Assembly (NCBI GenBank): GCA_963730935.1
Contig: CAVSTP010000004.1
Location: forward strand, 224,001-288,000
Reading direction: 5' to 3'
DNA from: an uncultured Nitrospiraceae bacterium
Lineage (GTDB): Bacteria > Nitrospirota > Nitrospiria > Nitrospirales > Nitrospiraceae
DNA: 64,000 nucleotides
In this document: piece by piece, positions 20,867 to 31,005 of the stretch
How the letters are laid out: each line of letters begins with the position of its first letter
Position numbering within the stretch: position 1 is the first letter of the stretch
The notes under the pieces: model-generated
The model's database searches: none
What the model was told of the DNA's origin: nothing
The model's input: the letters and a program-made list of their open reading frames with translations, nothing else
Made by a program: the position numbers and the translations under genes

Positions 20867-21961
20867 TTAAAAATAGAGGTGGACGCCGACGCCATACCAC
20901 GAGGCCCGTTGCGTGTAAAACTGCCCGTCGGGGGACGGGCCGACGTAATACTCTGCCAGCAATTGAATCTGCCGGTCTCCAATGCGCGCGTTCTCGAATT
21001 GCACCCCGGCCATGATGGATTGTCCGACCTGCCAGCTCGTGCGTTCGTTGCATTGAAAATCGCCATAGGCGACCGGGCGGAGTCTGCCCCCGAGAAATGT
21101 GCGTGTGCTGACCAATTCAATCCCCCACTGTGTCGTCCCCCGTCCCAGATCCTCGGGAAAGCGGTGCACGATGTATCCTCCTCCTCCGTACAGCCGCAGC
21201 CATGGGAGCAGCTGGTACGACAATTTCACGTCGACTTCTTCGTAACTCAGATTGATGCGCGTGATGCCGGGGTTATTCAGCAGGAACTCATCCCCCAAGT
21301 GTGAACTCTGGTGCTGAATCCGCACAAACCCCGACAACGGTCCGTTGCGGTAGCTGCTGAGGAACCCCACGCGATAATCCGCATTGACGAGATCGATCGA
21401 AGCGGCGCTCACGTCGAAGATGCTAAAGACGCCGGCCTGAACCCCGAACTCCCATTCCCCGTCGAGGAAAGCTTTGTTCCGGTAGATTGCAAAGGTTTCC
21501 CCGAAGTCTGCTGCGAAGACGCCGGAAAGATTGAGGCCCTGGGTGAACTGTCGATAGGCGCCTGCGAATTGAGGCCACCGAGGATCGGCGTGGAGGGGGG
21601 CAAACAGGGCGCCGTGCGGAAGCCATTTTGCGTCTGCCGTAGGAATTGTGGTGTGAACCGTATCTTCGGCGGGCGGAGGCGCTGCGGACTCTGCACTGCG
21701 GATTTCGACGTGCGAAACGCCGGGGACCTGTTCAAGTGCCGAGACCACCTTGCCGCGGTCGATCGTGGCCAGCGACTTGGTGGTAACGACTACGGCGCCG
21801 TCCTGGACTTCCACCGACGCATCCGTAATCCCGAACTCATGCTGGAGAATGCCAGTGGCGTAGCCGGCAATGAACTCGTCCGAGGCCGATGCGGGCGCCG
21901 AGACGCTCCACAACAGCCAGCACAGGAACAACGCCCCGATCATTCTCGCGCGAGCGCCCAC
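20867..21961 (-). CDS. DUF1207-like outer-membrane/exported protein
   Basis: Signal peptide, LVNADYRVG, HQSSHLGDEF and C-terminal GVHLYF. Confidence 0.75.
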   Translation of the reverse strand: MGARARMIGALFLCWLLWSVSAPASASDEFIAGYATGILQHEFGITDASVEVQDGAVVVTTKSLATIDRGKVVSALEQVPGVSHVEIRSAESAAPPPAEDTVHTTIPTADAKWLPHGALFAPLHADPRWPQFAGAYRQFTQGLNLSGVFAADFGETFAIYRNKAFLDGEWEFGVQAGVFSIFDVSAASIDLVNADYRVGFLSSYRNGPLSGFVRIQHQSSHLGDEFLLNNPGITRINLSYEEVDVKLSYQLLPWLRLYGGGGYIVHRFPEDLGRGTTQWGIELVSTRTFLGGRLRPVAYGDFQCNERTSWQVGQSIMAGVQFENARIGDRQIQLLAEYYVGPSPDGQFYTQRASWYGVGVHLYF

Positions 21962-22045
21962 TCAAACTCCTCACGTCGCGGAGGGCAAACGGGACGCACG
22001 ACGGATGGATCTATGCCGGGTGACTCCGCGCCTTGTATCGCAAAC

Positions 22046-22219
22046 TCAGAAGTGAAAGTTCACACCGATCGTGATCATGTGCCCGTTGTTGTTAAAATTC
22101 TTGTCCGTCACTTGTTGTAAAAGACCGTCGTCTGCCGGTGAGAGGACGGGTAGGGTCAGACACAGCGAAAGCAGCAGCAAACACAGACTTGATCATTTCA
22201 CAGTGTCTTGTGTAGGCAT
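22046..22219 (-). pseudogene. internally deleted outer-membrane protein remnant
   Basis: RBS GGAGAG; MPTQDTVK*SSLCLLLLSLCLTLPVLSPA...GHMITIGVNFHF*: signal peptide joined to a beta-signal, with in-frame TGA. Confidence 0.5.
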
Positions 22220-22278
22220 GGACAGGCTCTCCATTCGCGGGTGGCCCCTCTCTTCGTTCGGGCTCGTGCAGCGGGCAC

Positions 22279-22318
22279 AAAAAAACGGACCGAAAGCGGT
22301 GCCTCGGTCCGCTCTTTT
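22279..22318 (-). terminator. rho-independent terminator after PepSY gene
   Basis: CGGACCGA...TCGGTCCG stem flanked by A7 and TTTT. Confidence 0.75.
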
Positions 22319-22330
22319 GTGAACGGCTGT

Positions 22331-22612
22331 TTACTTGTTCAACCTGGCCATCCCAGTCTGAGCATCGACGTAGACGGTCTGGCTCTTGTTGTTGTGATCG
22401 ATGACTTCGATCTTCCAAATCGTCCGTCCGTCGTCCTTGCCGAGATCAGCTTCGGCAGCTTTGCCCGGCACAACCTTGATGGCGCTCTTCACGGCTTCCT
22501 CGAGAGGAATCTTGGCGCTTGCGACGAGTTCCTTGTTCGTCTCAAACAGCGCCCAAGCCGTGCCCGTCGTCAACGTAGCGGCGATCATCGCAGAGAGAAT
22601 GAACCTGAACAT
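22331..22612 (-). CDS. PepSY domain protein
   Basis: Signal peptide; IPLEEAVKSA...PGK...VYVDAQTG; RBS GAAGGAGG. Confidence 0.9.
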   Translation of the reverse strand: MFRFILSAMIAATLTTGTAWALFETNKELVASAKIPLEEAVKSAIKVVPGKAAEADLGKDDGRTIWKIEVIDHNNKSQTVYVDAQTGMARLNK

Positions 22613-22634
22613 GGTGGCCTCCTTCACCCGAAAG

Positions 22635-22865
22635 TTATCTGACCGGTTCGCGTTCCACTTGATCCGGCTTGGTGCCTTGAAACCACTTGTCCGCCCAACC
22701 GGCAATATCGTCTTTCTGGGTCCCATACCGTTCCTGAACCTTGCCCAGGAATTTCTCATAATTGCCTTCGATTTGAGCTAGGTCGTCGTCTGTAATTTTT
22801 CCCCATTGACGTTTCAGCTCACCTTTGAATTGGCCCCACTTCCCTTTGAAGATATCGGCGTTCAT
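22635..22865 (-). CDS. csbD: CsbD-like general stress protein
   Basis: MNADIFKGKWGQFKGELKRQWGKITDDDL...QERYG. Confidence 0.9.
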   Translation of the reverse strand: MNADIFKGKWGQFKGELKRQWGKITDDDLAQIEGNYEKFLGKVQERYGTQKDDIAGWADKWFQGTKPDQVEREPVR

Positions 22866-23015
22866 AGAAATTCCTCCATCTTGTAAGTGGGCACTTCTCG
22901 TCCTCATTTCACTCTATCTCGCAGAGGATGGCGGCCATGCTGGATGTTTCCCTGGCGCCCAGGGGAACGTGCCCGAGTTATATGCATATTAAGAATCGCG
23001 AAGTGATAGAAGCCA

Positions 23016-23360
23016 TTATTTTTCGGGCGGGATTTCAGCGGTTTGCGTGTTGAGGACGCTCAGGCGGTTGCGAATGGCTTTCACTCCGAGGACCGTTTCG
23101 GCCAAGCGCGTTGCCTCGCGCCGCGCGAGAGGGCTCATGGCCGTGCCTTCAAGCGTCACTTCGCCCTGATTGACGTGAACGACAATCAGGCTGTTGGCGG
23201 TCAGCGGGCTCGTGTGCATGGCCTCCGCGATGGCGGTCTGCAGTTGCACATCGCCGGGCTTTTCTGCGGCCGACTGGGCCAATTCGTTGGTCACAGCCAT
23301 GCCACTGACCGCTGACTCCGACAGGACGGCGAGCACCAAGACTTGGACGATACGCCGCAT
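23016..23360 (-). CDS. exported BON domain protein
   Basis: Signal peptide; GEVTLEG...GVKAIRNRL. Confidence 0.85.
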   Translation of the reverse strand: MRRIVQVLVLAVLSESAVSGMAVTNELAQSAAEKPGDVQLQTAIAEAMHTSPLTANSLIVVHVNQGEVTLEGTAMSPLARREATRLAETVLGVKAIRNRLSVLNTQTAEIPPEK

Positions 23361-23425
23361 GGAAGCCTCCGTCGCTCACGACAGAATATGGCTCGTCGGT
23401 CACGGTTTGGCACTGGGAAATCCCC

Positions 23426-25576
23426 TCAGCCCCTGCGAATCGACACCGCGGCTTCAATCTGCATCAATGCGAGCGACCGGCCCTTGAGATCGTAGCGGTT
23501 ACCTTCCGTAATCAACGGAGCGTTGGCAGGAATGCCCTCCTGGACCGTATCGAGCACGAGCTGCCACGGCACATTCGCGGGGGGCGTCGGAAGCGTGAAC
23601 TCAATCGGTTCGTGGTGAGCGTTCATTAGCAGCAAAAACGTGTCGTCGAGAATCGGATTCCCCAGATGATCCTTTTCCTCGATGCGGTCGCCCGCCAGTC
23701 TGACGCCCAGGCAGCGGATATAACCCTGCTTCCAATCGTCGTCGGTCATTTCCTGACCGTCCGGGCGAAACCACGATAAATCCTTGATGTCGGCGCCATA
23801 GATACTGCGGCCCTGAAAGAATTGGCGGCGACGAAAGACGGGATGGGCCGCACGCAACATGATCAACGCGCTGGTGAAGGTGAAGAGCGCCTGCTCTTCG
23901 CTCGAGATGTCCCAATTGAACCAGCTGATCTCGTTGTCTTGACAGTACGCGTTGTTGTTCCCATGCTGCGTCCGCCCAATTTCGTCGCCCCCGCAAATCA
24001 TCGGCACGCCTTGAGACAGCAGGAGGGTTGCCAGCATATTGCGCTGTTGCCGCGTTCGCAATTCCCGGATGGCCGGATCATCAGTCGGTCCCTCGACCCC
24101 GCAGTTCCAGCTCTGGTTGTCGTCTGAGCCGTCCTTGTTGTCTTCCTGGTTGGCTTCGTTGTGCTTCTGGTCGTACGAGACCAGATCCCGCAGGGTGAAG
24201 CCGTCGTGGGCGACGACGAAGTTGATGCTGGCGAACGGTTTGCGCCCGCTGCCTTCATACAGATCGCTGCTCCCGAAAAGCCGGTACGCCAGCTCGCTCG
24301 CTTGCCCTCCGTCGCCCTTCCAGTAGCGCCGGATGGTATCCCGGTATTTCCCGTTCCATTCAGCCCAACCCGCGGGAAAGTTTCCGACCTGATAGCCGCC
24401 TTCGCCGATGTCCCATGGCTCGGCGATGAGTTTAAGCTGCGAGAGGACAGGGTCCTGTTGAATGATGTCCAGGAAACCGCCGAGGCGGTCCACGTCGTGC
24501 AACTCGCGGGCGAGGGCCGCGGCCAGATCGAAGCGGAAGCCATCCACATGCATCTCAAGCGCCCAATACCGCAGGCTATCCATGATGAACTGGAGCGTTC
24601 GCTGATGCTGGACGTTGAGCGTGTTGCCTGTGCCCGTGTAATCGAGGTAATACTGCGGTTGATCGGGCATGAGGCGATAATAGGCCGCATTGTCGATGCC
24701 CCGGAACGAGAGCGTGGGACCAAGGTGATTGCCTTCGGCCGTATGGTTGTACACCACATCGAGAATGACTTCGATGCCGGCACTGTGCAGCGTCTTGACC
24801 ATGGTCTTGAATTGATTGACGGCGTGCTCCGGATGCGTCGCATAGCGCAGTTCGGGCGCAAAAAATCCGATCGTGTTGTAGCCCCAATAGTTGGTCAGAC
24901 CTTTGTCGACGAGGTGTTTGTCGGCGACGAAGGCGTGCACCGGCAGTAATTCAATCGCCGTCACGCCGAGCCGTTGGAGATACTCGATGACCGGTCGCGT
25001 CGCCAATCCCGCGTAGGTGCCTCGTAGCACTTCCTGGATGAGCGGATGTTTCGCGGTAAAGCCCCGGACATGCATTTCATAGATGATGGTTTCACTCCAC
25101 GGGCGCCGCAGGGGCTTGTCCTCTCCCCAGGTAAACGCCTGCTCGACGACGACCGACTTGGGAACCAGCGAGGCATTGTTGCGCTCGTCGAACGACAAAT
25201 CGGCGTCCGGATGTCCGATGGTGTAGCCGAACATCGAATCGGACCATCGCAAGTTGCCGTGCAAGGCCTTGGCGTAAGGATCGATCAACAGTTTGTTCGG
25301 ATTGAAGCGGTGGCCGGCTTGCGGTTCATAGGGCCCGCTCACCCGAAAGCCGTAGAGTTGTCCCGGCCGGGCCTCCGGGAGGAAAACATGCCACACCTGA
25401 TTCGTGCGCTCTTCAATTCGGATGGTGTGCGTTTCTTTCTCCTGGTCGGGATGGTCAAACAGACACAGTTCCACTCCCGTCGCATTTTCAGAAAACAGCG
25501 CGAAATTCACGCCTTCGCCGTCCCAGGTCGCGCCTAATGGATAGGGGTGACCGGGCCGCGTCGTCACACGTGCCAT
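23426..25576 (-). CDS. glgX: glycogen debranching enzyme (GH13 isoamylase)
   Basis: NYWGY, DVVYNHT, DGFRFDL, IAEPWD, HDGFTL and NNAYCQDNE. Confidence 0.97.
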   Translation of the reverse strand: MARVTTRPGHPYPLGATWDGEGVNFALFSENATGVELCLFDHPDQEKETHTIRIEERTNQVWHVFLPEARPGQLYGFRVSGPYEPQAGHRFNPNKLLIDPYAKALHGNLRWSDSMFGYTIGHPDADLSFDERNNASLVPKSVVVEQAFTWGEDKPLRRPWSETIIYEMHVRGFTAKHPLIQEVLRGTYAGLATRPVIEYLQRLGVTAIELLPVHAFVADKHLVDKGLTNYWGYNTIGFFAPELRYATHPEHAVNQFKTMVKTLHSAGIEVILDVVYNHTAEGNHLGPTLSFRGIDNAAYYRLMPDQPQYYLDYTGTGNTLNVQHQRTLQFIMDSLRYWALEMHVDGFRFDLAAALARELHDVDRLGGFLDIIQQDPVLSQLKLIAEPWDIGEGGYQVGNFPAGWAEWNGKYRDTIRRYWKGDGGQASELAYRLFGSSDLYEGSGRKPFASINFVVAHDGFTLRDLVSYDQKHNEANQEDNKDGSDDNQSWNCGVEGPTDDPAIRELRTRQQRNMLATLLLSQGVPMICGGDEIGRTQHGNNNAYCQDNEISWFNWDISSEEQALFTFTSALIMLRAAHPVFRRRQFFQGRSIYGADIKDLSWFRPDGQEMTDDDWKQGYIRCLGVRLAGDRIEEKDHLGNPILDDTFLLLMNAHHEPIEFTLPTPPANVPWQLVLDTVQEGIPANAPLITEGNRYDLKGRSLALMQIEAAVSIRRG

Positions 25577-25693
25577 AGCATCGCTCCTTCATGTTCGTCG
25601 CCGATCTTGTGGCTCACGCTCGTACGACCCCTCCTGCATTGCCCAACGACACCTTGCCCACCCGAGCGATGCGAAACAGGCCACCGCCGGACA

Positions 25694-26227
25694 TTAGGAT
25701 TTCGCGAGCAAACTCGCGAGATCCTCCGCATGCTCTTCTTCTTTCGCTGTGATCTCTTCGAGCAGTCGTCTGGTCGTAGGATCATCGCCGCCGAGGTACT
25801 CGATCATCTGTCGATAGCTGTCGATGGCGATGCGTTCGGCCACGAGATCCTCCTTAATCATATCTTCAAGTGTGGTGCCTTCGGCGTATTGAGAGTGGCT
25901 GCGATCAAGCAGACCTTCAGGAGAAAGATTCGGCTGCCCGCCTAACTGGACGATCCGCTCGGCGATCGCATCGGCGTGCTCTTGCTCTTCCTTGGCGTGT
26001 TCAAGGAATTCGCTCTTGACGCTTTCCGAACTCATACCTTGGGCCATGAAATAGTGCCGTTTATAGCGTAAGACGCAGACCAGTTCGGTGGCGAGCGCGT
26101 CATTGAGCAGACGGAGGACGACCGGCACTTTTGCTTTATAGCCGGGCGTCATTGCGCCATTTTCAATGTGACGACGTGCACGTTCGCGAATGGTTTTGAC
26201 ATCGAGAACAAATTGTTGGTCCTGCAT
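25694..26227 (-). CDS. ferritin-like (bacterioferritin/DpsL-type) protein
   Basis: ATELVC...EEQEH...AERIAI...EEEH di-iron ligands. Confidence 0.9.
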   Translation of the reverse strand: MQDQQFVLDVKTIRERARRHIENGAMTPGYKAKVPVVLRLLNDALATELVCVLRYKRHYFMAQGMSSESVKSEFLEHAKEEQEHADAIAERIVQLGGQPNLSPEGLLDRSHSQYAEGTTLEDMIKEDLVAERIAIDSYRQMIEYLGGDDPTTRRLLEEITAKEEEHAEDLASLLAKS

Positions 26228-26710
26228 GGTAACCTCCTTGTCGTCAGCCGTGATACTGTGTGTGCTGTATGTGGGTGTAGACGGTCAATGCCGGGAGACA
26301 GTGAATGCCGGGATGGAAGAGTGGAATCGGGCACACAATCGACCCGTTATTCTGCACGGTTGAGCATCCGATCCGGCACCAATGCGCAGTCGTTTACGAT
26401 CATCTGGCAAGCTCCTCGCCCCAGGAGTAGCCAGTCTGTCCGAGGCTATCTTCTGCAGGAAGAACGCCTAGTTAGTGCTCGTTGAGACAATACCCGGTCT
26501 CGCACATCTTTATTAACGTAAGCCGAGTAGGCCCATGCTGACACTCGGAGTACCCCGAGTGCTCAGGTGTATCAGCTAGGGGATGGCCTAGTTCTGGCAT
26601 ACACCTAAGTCGAGGTAAAAAAAGGGAGCGGTTTATTTCCTTGAACCGAGGTGGCGCGTTTGTACCATGATTGGGGGCGGTTGTTTTTCGGTTGAACTGG
26701 ACCAACATCA

Positions 26711-27370
26711 ATGTCTTTACATACGCATACTGCAAAGGTGCTCCTGGTCGACGATCATCCTCTCGTCCTAGAGAGCATCCGACAGCTGCTCGAGTCTCAT
26801 TTCACCATCGTGGGCATGGTGCAGGACTCTGGGGAGATCATTAGCCGTGCATTGGAGCAACGGCCGGATGTTATCCTATTGGACGCCTGCATGCCCGGTC
26901 TCAGCGGGTTCGCAGCGACCAAGCAACTCAAAAAACTGCTTCCATCCGTCAAGGTTATCCTTGTGACGATGCTCACGGAAGCCATTTCCATCAGCGAGGC
27001 ATTCCGGGCCGGTGCGAGCGGCTATGTGCTGAAGCAGTCGGCGTCGGATGAACTGCACGCGGCGATCGAGAGCGTGCTGGCGAACAAGCGTTTCTTATCC
27101 AAGAAGATCGATGCGGAAGTACGGGAAGCGGTGGAGCACGAGTGGTTCAGACCGGAAGGTTACTCAAGCGATTTGACCGGCCGCCAGCGGGAGATTTTGG
27201 TGTTGCTGGCCGAAGGGCGGTCGACCCGGCATATTGCGCAGCAACTCAGCATTTCAATGAAGACGGTAGAGTTTCACAAGGCCAACATCACGCGCAAGCT
27301 CGGTGTTCATACTACATCGGACCTGATCAAGTTTGCCCTCGCTCAAGGCATCACTACGCTGCAGTTCTAA
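26711..27370 (+). CDS. NarL/LuxR-family response regulator
   Basis: VLLVDDH receiver; LTGRQREIL...KTVEFHK HTH. Confidence 0.95.
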   Translation: MSLHTHTAKVLLVDDHPLVLESIRQLLESHFTIVGMVQDSGEIISRALEQRPDVILLDACMPGLSGFAATKQLKKLLPSVKVILVTMLTEAISISEAFRAGASGYVLKQSASDELHAAIESVLANKRFLSKKIDAEVREAVEHEWFRPEGYSSDLTGRQREILVLLAEGRSTRHIAQQLSISMKTVEFHKANITRKLGVHTTSDLIKFALAQGITTLQF

Positions 27371-27371
27371 G

Positions 27372-27506
27372 CCGAGACTTCCGGTCTCGGATCTCAAATT
27401 CAAATCTGAAATCTTGATTACACAGGTTTGAGTACACCGGTAGGATCTTGCCCAAATCTGAGATTTGAGACCTGAGATTGGAAATCCGCAATTGAGACAA
27501 TTGCGG
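27372..27506. repeat. heptamer-rich inverted-repeat region between convergent genes (bidirectional terminator-like)
   Basis: CCGAGAC...GTCTCGG and CCGCAATTG...CAATTGCGG hairpins plus ATCTCAA/TGAGATT repeats. Confidence 0.6.
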
Positions 27507-28172
27507 TTAGTGGATTGAGGTCAGTCCTGCCGCGATCGCGTATTTTGTCAGTTCTGCGGCCGTCCGGAGCCTCAACTCCTTCATGATGCGCGTCTTGTGA
27601 AATTCAACCGTCTTCACGGAGACGTTGAGAATTGAAGCGATTTCCTTCGTCGCCTTTCCCTCGGCTACCAACTGCAACACTTCCCGCTGCCGCGAGCTCA
27701 ACGTCTGGGCGAACCCCACATTGACCTCTCCAGGTCCGGAGGCGGGTGTGGGATTGACCGCCTGATCCACGAGGCTCTGTGCCACCATTGGCGAAACGAA
27801 TGTGCGTCCTTTCACCACTTCGCGGATGGCCTGGACCAATTCGGAGCCGACAGACTGTTTGAGCACGTAACCCGAGACACCCACCCGGAACGCTTGCGTT
27901 ACGAAGTTAGGCTCCGAGTGCATGGTCAATACAATGATTTTGAGATTGGGATTGTTCTTCTTCAGCTGCTGGGACGCATCGAGGCCGTTTAACAGCGGGA
28001 GGGAAATGTCGACCACGACGATATCCGGTTGAAGTTTTGCCGCCGCCGCCACCAGGGAACGACCGTCGGCCACGATGCCGACCAATTCGTACTCCGGTTC
28101 CAACAGCTTCTGAATGCCCTCTGCCACGAGGACGTGATCGTCTGCAAGAAGAATTCGATAGGTTTCAGACAT
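27507..28172 (-). CDS. NarL/LuxR-family response regulator
   Basis: ILLADDH receiver; LSSRQREVL...KTVEFHK HTH. Confidence 0.95.
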   Translation of the reverse strand: MSETYRILLADDHVLVAEGIQKLLEPEYELVGIVADGRSLVAAAAKLQPDIVVVDISLPLLNGLDASQQLKKNNPNLKIIVLTMHSEPNFVTQAFRVGVSGYVLKQSVGSELVQAIREVVKGRTFVSPMVAQSLVDQAVNPTPASGPGEVNVGFAQTLSSRQREVLQLVAEGKATKEIASILNVSVKTVEFHKTRIMKELRLRTAAELTKYAIAAGLTSIH

Positions 28173-29071
28173 AGAGTCACCCTCGCAAGGATTAAAGAGA
28201 AACGCTAGTGCCTTGCTGTATGAAAGAAGTGTACCTGTATCCTCTAAGCAGTCTCAAGGGGGGTAACAGGGCCTTAATCAAGGGATTCTCCTAGTGCATG
28301 CACCGTTTTATGCGGTCGGGTGTGGGTGAATAGCTACATGACGGGCAGTCTTGGGGGTTGCTCAAAGAGCCGGAGTGATCTCGGGTTGCTGCCTCGGCCT
28401 CAGATCGTGGCTCGGCGGCGCGGTGCGCCGAGCCCATGTGGTTCGAAGGCTCTCCACGCGCGTGAAATTTTTGTGCGGTAGTTTTCTTGTCATCTCTCGG
28501 ACTGAGTCCCTCGGAAAAAATCTCCCGGGGAAGAAAACTCCACCCGAAATTCCACGACTCATACCACGGAAACGCTCAACAAGGGTGATCCCGCAACACT
28601 GCTTCCACTCGTTCGGACAACGTGTCCTTTACGACCCTATTTCAGGACACGTTGTCCTGCTTTTCCGGTCCCTCTCTGGCAGCAACCCTTGAAAACCTCC
28701 CGGGTGTCCCCTACTACTTGAGCGTGCGGTTCTTGCTGAACGGACGGCAGCGCGCCTGACTATCGGTGCAACGCGAGTGAGGCCGCAGCACCGGCGACCA
28801 TTGACCCACGCGTGGGCGCTCTGTAGACGCAGAGCCGTGGGGTTTGTCATCGAAAGGAGATTGTCACCATGAGGATTACACTTCCGCTTACAACACGCAT
28901 GCTACGGAGATGGGTGTGTGGCGCCCTTTCATCTTGCGATTGCGCATGCAGCAGCGGCGGAGACGATGGCGGCGCCGGAGGCGGGATCCCACCGCCAAGC
29001 AGCGGCGGCAAGAGCCAGTCAGGTAGGCAGTTTCAGAACTCTAGTTGGGGCGAGTGTGGAGTCTTCGCCTG

Positions 29072-29461
29072 TCAGCACGCGACATCGACAGCCGGATCGC
29101 AGAGAAGCGGTCCGACTGTCGACGGCCTCATGTACTGCGCGGCAGGATCTCTGGCTCCCAGTGGACTGTTCAAGGCTGGACCGCCAGGCATTCCTGGTAA
29201 GCCGCGTCCCGCACCTAAAAATACGGGCGTGCTGCCCGGCTCACCGGCAGCCGGTTTGAGCTGATTGGTGGTCGCAGGCGTTATGACGTTTGCAGGAAGT
29301 CCACGCGTCGGCGCCGATGCCGGTTGAACGGGTGAGATGGTGACCGATGACGCCTGAGAATTTTGGGCTTGGCTTCCGCCTGGTAATGTCTGGGCGAACC
29401 CCGGCGAGAGGGCAAGTGAGAGGAAGAAGCTCAGTGCGGCGATGCCCATCCCACGTTTCAT
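29072..29461 (-). CDS. exported hypothetical protein
   Basis: Clear signal peptide MKRGMGIAALSFFLSLALSPGFA. Confidence 0.65.
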   Translation of the reverse strand: MKRGMGIAALSFFLSLALSPGFAQTLPGGSQAQNSQASSVTISPVQPASAPTRGLPANVITPATTNQLKPAAGEPGSTPVFLGAGRGLPGMPGGPALNSPLGARDPAAQYMRPSTVGPLLCDPAVDVAC

Positions 29462-29536
29462 GCCTGTATTCTACTGTATCTGGTGCAATGCGCGCCAGAA
29501 ATTCACATACCTCTCCCATAACCGGGATCGCCATCC

Positions 29537-30025
29537 ATGGTCATTGTGCTCATGGGCGCCGCCGGTGCCGGCAAGACAACCGTCGGACGCCAATTGTCCG
29601 AAGAACTGCGGTGGCCATTTCTCGATGGCGACGAAGTTCATCCTCACGAGAACATCGCCAAAATGAGTCGAGGCATGCCACTCACCGATGAGGACCGCCG
29701 TCCGTGGATGCAAGCACTCAGAAAGTCGATTGCCGAATGGCTAGAGCAGGGCATAAACGCGGTTCTAACCTGTTCACTGCTCACGCACGCGCACCGCGCT
29801 GCCGTCCTTGCAGGGTATGAGCCTCACGTCAAGCTCGCGTACCTCCAAGCCTCACGCGCACTTTTACGGGAGCGCCTGACAACTCGCACTGGTCACTTCG
29901 CCGGCGTCGCGCTCCTCGAAAGCCAGTTGGCGCTTTTGGAAGAACCTTCAGACGCGTTGGTGCTCGACGCCTCCAGGCTGCCGGAACAGCTGGTTCAGAC
30001 CATCCGGGCTGCTTTCCGTCTATGA
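29537..30025 (+). CDS. gntK: gluconokinase
   Basis: MGAAGAGKTT, DGDEVHP, MSRGMPLTDEDRRPW, RTGHF and LESQLALLEEP. Confidence 0.92.
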   Translation: MVIVLMGAAGAGKTTVGRQLSEELRWPFLDGDEVHPHENIAKMSRGMPLTDEDRRPWMQALRKSIAEWLEQGINAVLTCSLLTHAHRAAVLAGYEPHVKLAYLQASRALLRERLTTRTGHFAGVALLESQLALLEEPSDALVLDASRLPEQLVQTIRAAFRL

Positions 30026-30033
30026 CACCCCCT

Positions 30034-30402
30034 TTACTCACCAGGATTGGCAGGCGTCTTCGTCGCCTCCTTGACTGGGGGCTCAATCTTAATCTGCGGT
30101 CCCTCAACTTTCGGCAGCAGTCCCGCGCCGGGGTTTTCGAGCACTCGCTGGTCATTGACATCGCGTGGAAGGTTCTGCTTTGAGTGCTGATCGTCAAACA
30201 TGGCGGCTTGCTCGAGGGCCTTGGCACCTGTGGCGTTCTTCTGACCAGGATCATTGCCCAACGACTTTCCAGTGACGGGGTCGGTCGCTTTTCCCATAGG
30301 ATATCCTTCGTGCTTCGGGAGCATGCCCGGGTTCGCGGAAGCGTACACGGCGGTGAATATCAGCATCGCAACACTGAGTCCGATGGTTTGGAAGGCAGAC
30401 AT
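30034..30402 (-). CDS. exported conserved hypothetical protein
   Basis: RBS AAAGGAGG; signal peptide; NPGMLPKHEGYP. Confidence 0.75.
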   Translation of the reverse strand: MSAFQTIGLSVAMLIFTAVYASANPGMLPKHEGYPMGKATDPVTGKSLGNDPGQKNATGAKALEQAAMFDDQHSKQNLPRDVNDQRVLENPGAGLLPKVEGPQIKIEPPVKEATKTPANPGE

Positions 30403-30754
30403 GTGGTCCTCCTTTCGCAGGACAGGCTTGTGGCGAAGTCAGTAGAGGTCGGAGTTGTGGGATCGGAGGCCTGACCGGTGGCGTTGGGGGCTGAGGATCA
30501 GGCAGCGGAGGCTGAGGCGGTGGAAACGGATCAGGGCTCGGCGGAGGCGGTGGATCCGGGTCAGGATTATCTCGAGCGATGAAGACGGCTCGACTCATGG
30601 AACAGACAGCATAGCAAGAGCCTCCGTGATATGAAGCCTCGGTAGTACCCTAGTCGAGTTGGGCGCCATCGAGTCACAACCGAACAGTCCAGAGAGTTCA
30701 CCAGGTGTGTGCGCCGTGACAGTGGGATAATTGTACAAGTCCAGGGAGGACGGC

Positions 30755-30964
30755 ATGCCCAATCATAAACAGCGGGAAAAGAAGGGTGGGCGAAACAAGT
30801 CGAAGAAGCTTAGAGCCATGAGGCTCTCGGTCGAAGCGCGGCGCGGAGACCGTCCGGGCGAATTGACGCGTGGGCGGTTTAGGAAAGGACTTGCGGATCA
30901 ACCGGACCGCCAGGCATTCAAACCTGGATCGGCCAACGACCTGTATAGCCGTAAAGCCGCCTGA
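30755..30964 (+). CDS. small basic hypothetical protein
   Basis: RBS GGGAGGA; ORF directly upstream of the ferritin-like gene. Confidence 0.55.
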   Translation: MPNHKQREKKGGRNKSKKLRAMRLSVEARRGDRPGELTRGRFRKGLADQPDRQAFKPGSANDLYSRKAA

Positions 30965-31005
30965 CAGCGACACGCTGACCTAAAAGACAGGAAAAGGAGG
31001 AGATC

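Noticed and set aside
19746..21053. 435-aa version of the TPR ORF
   Set aside because: Extension overlaps two other genes; RBS and signal peptide support a start at 20453
22193..22195. Selenocysteine/readthrough at the in-frame TGA
   Set aside because: Falls in a signal-peptide n-region with no evident SECIS; a nonsense mutation is more parsimonious
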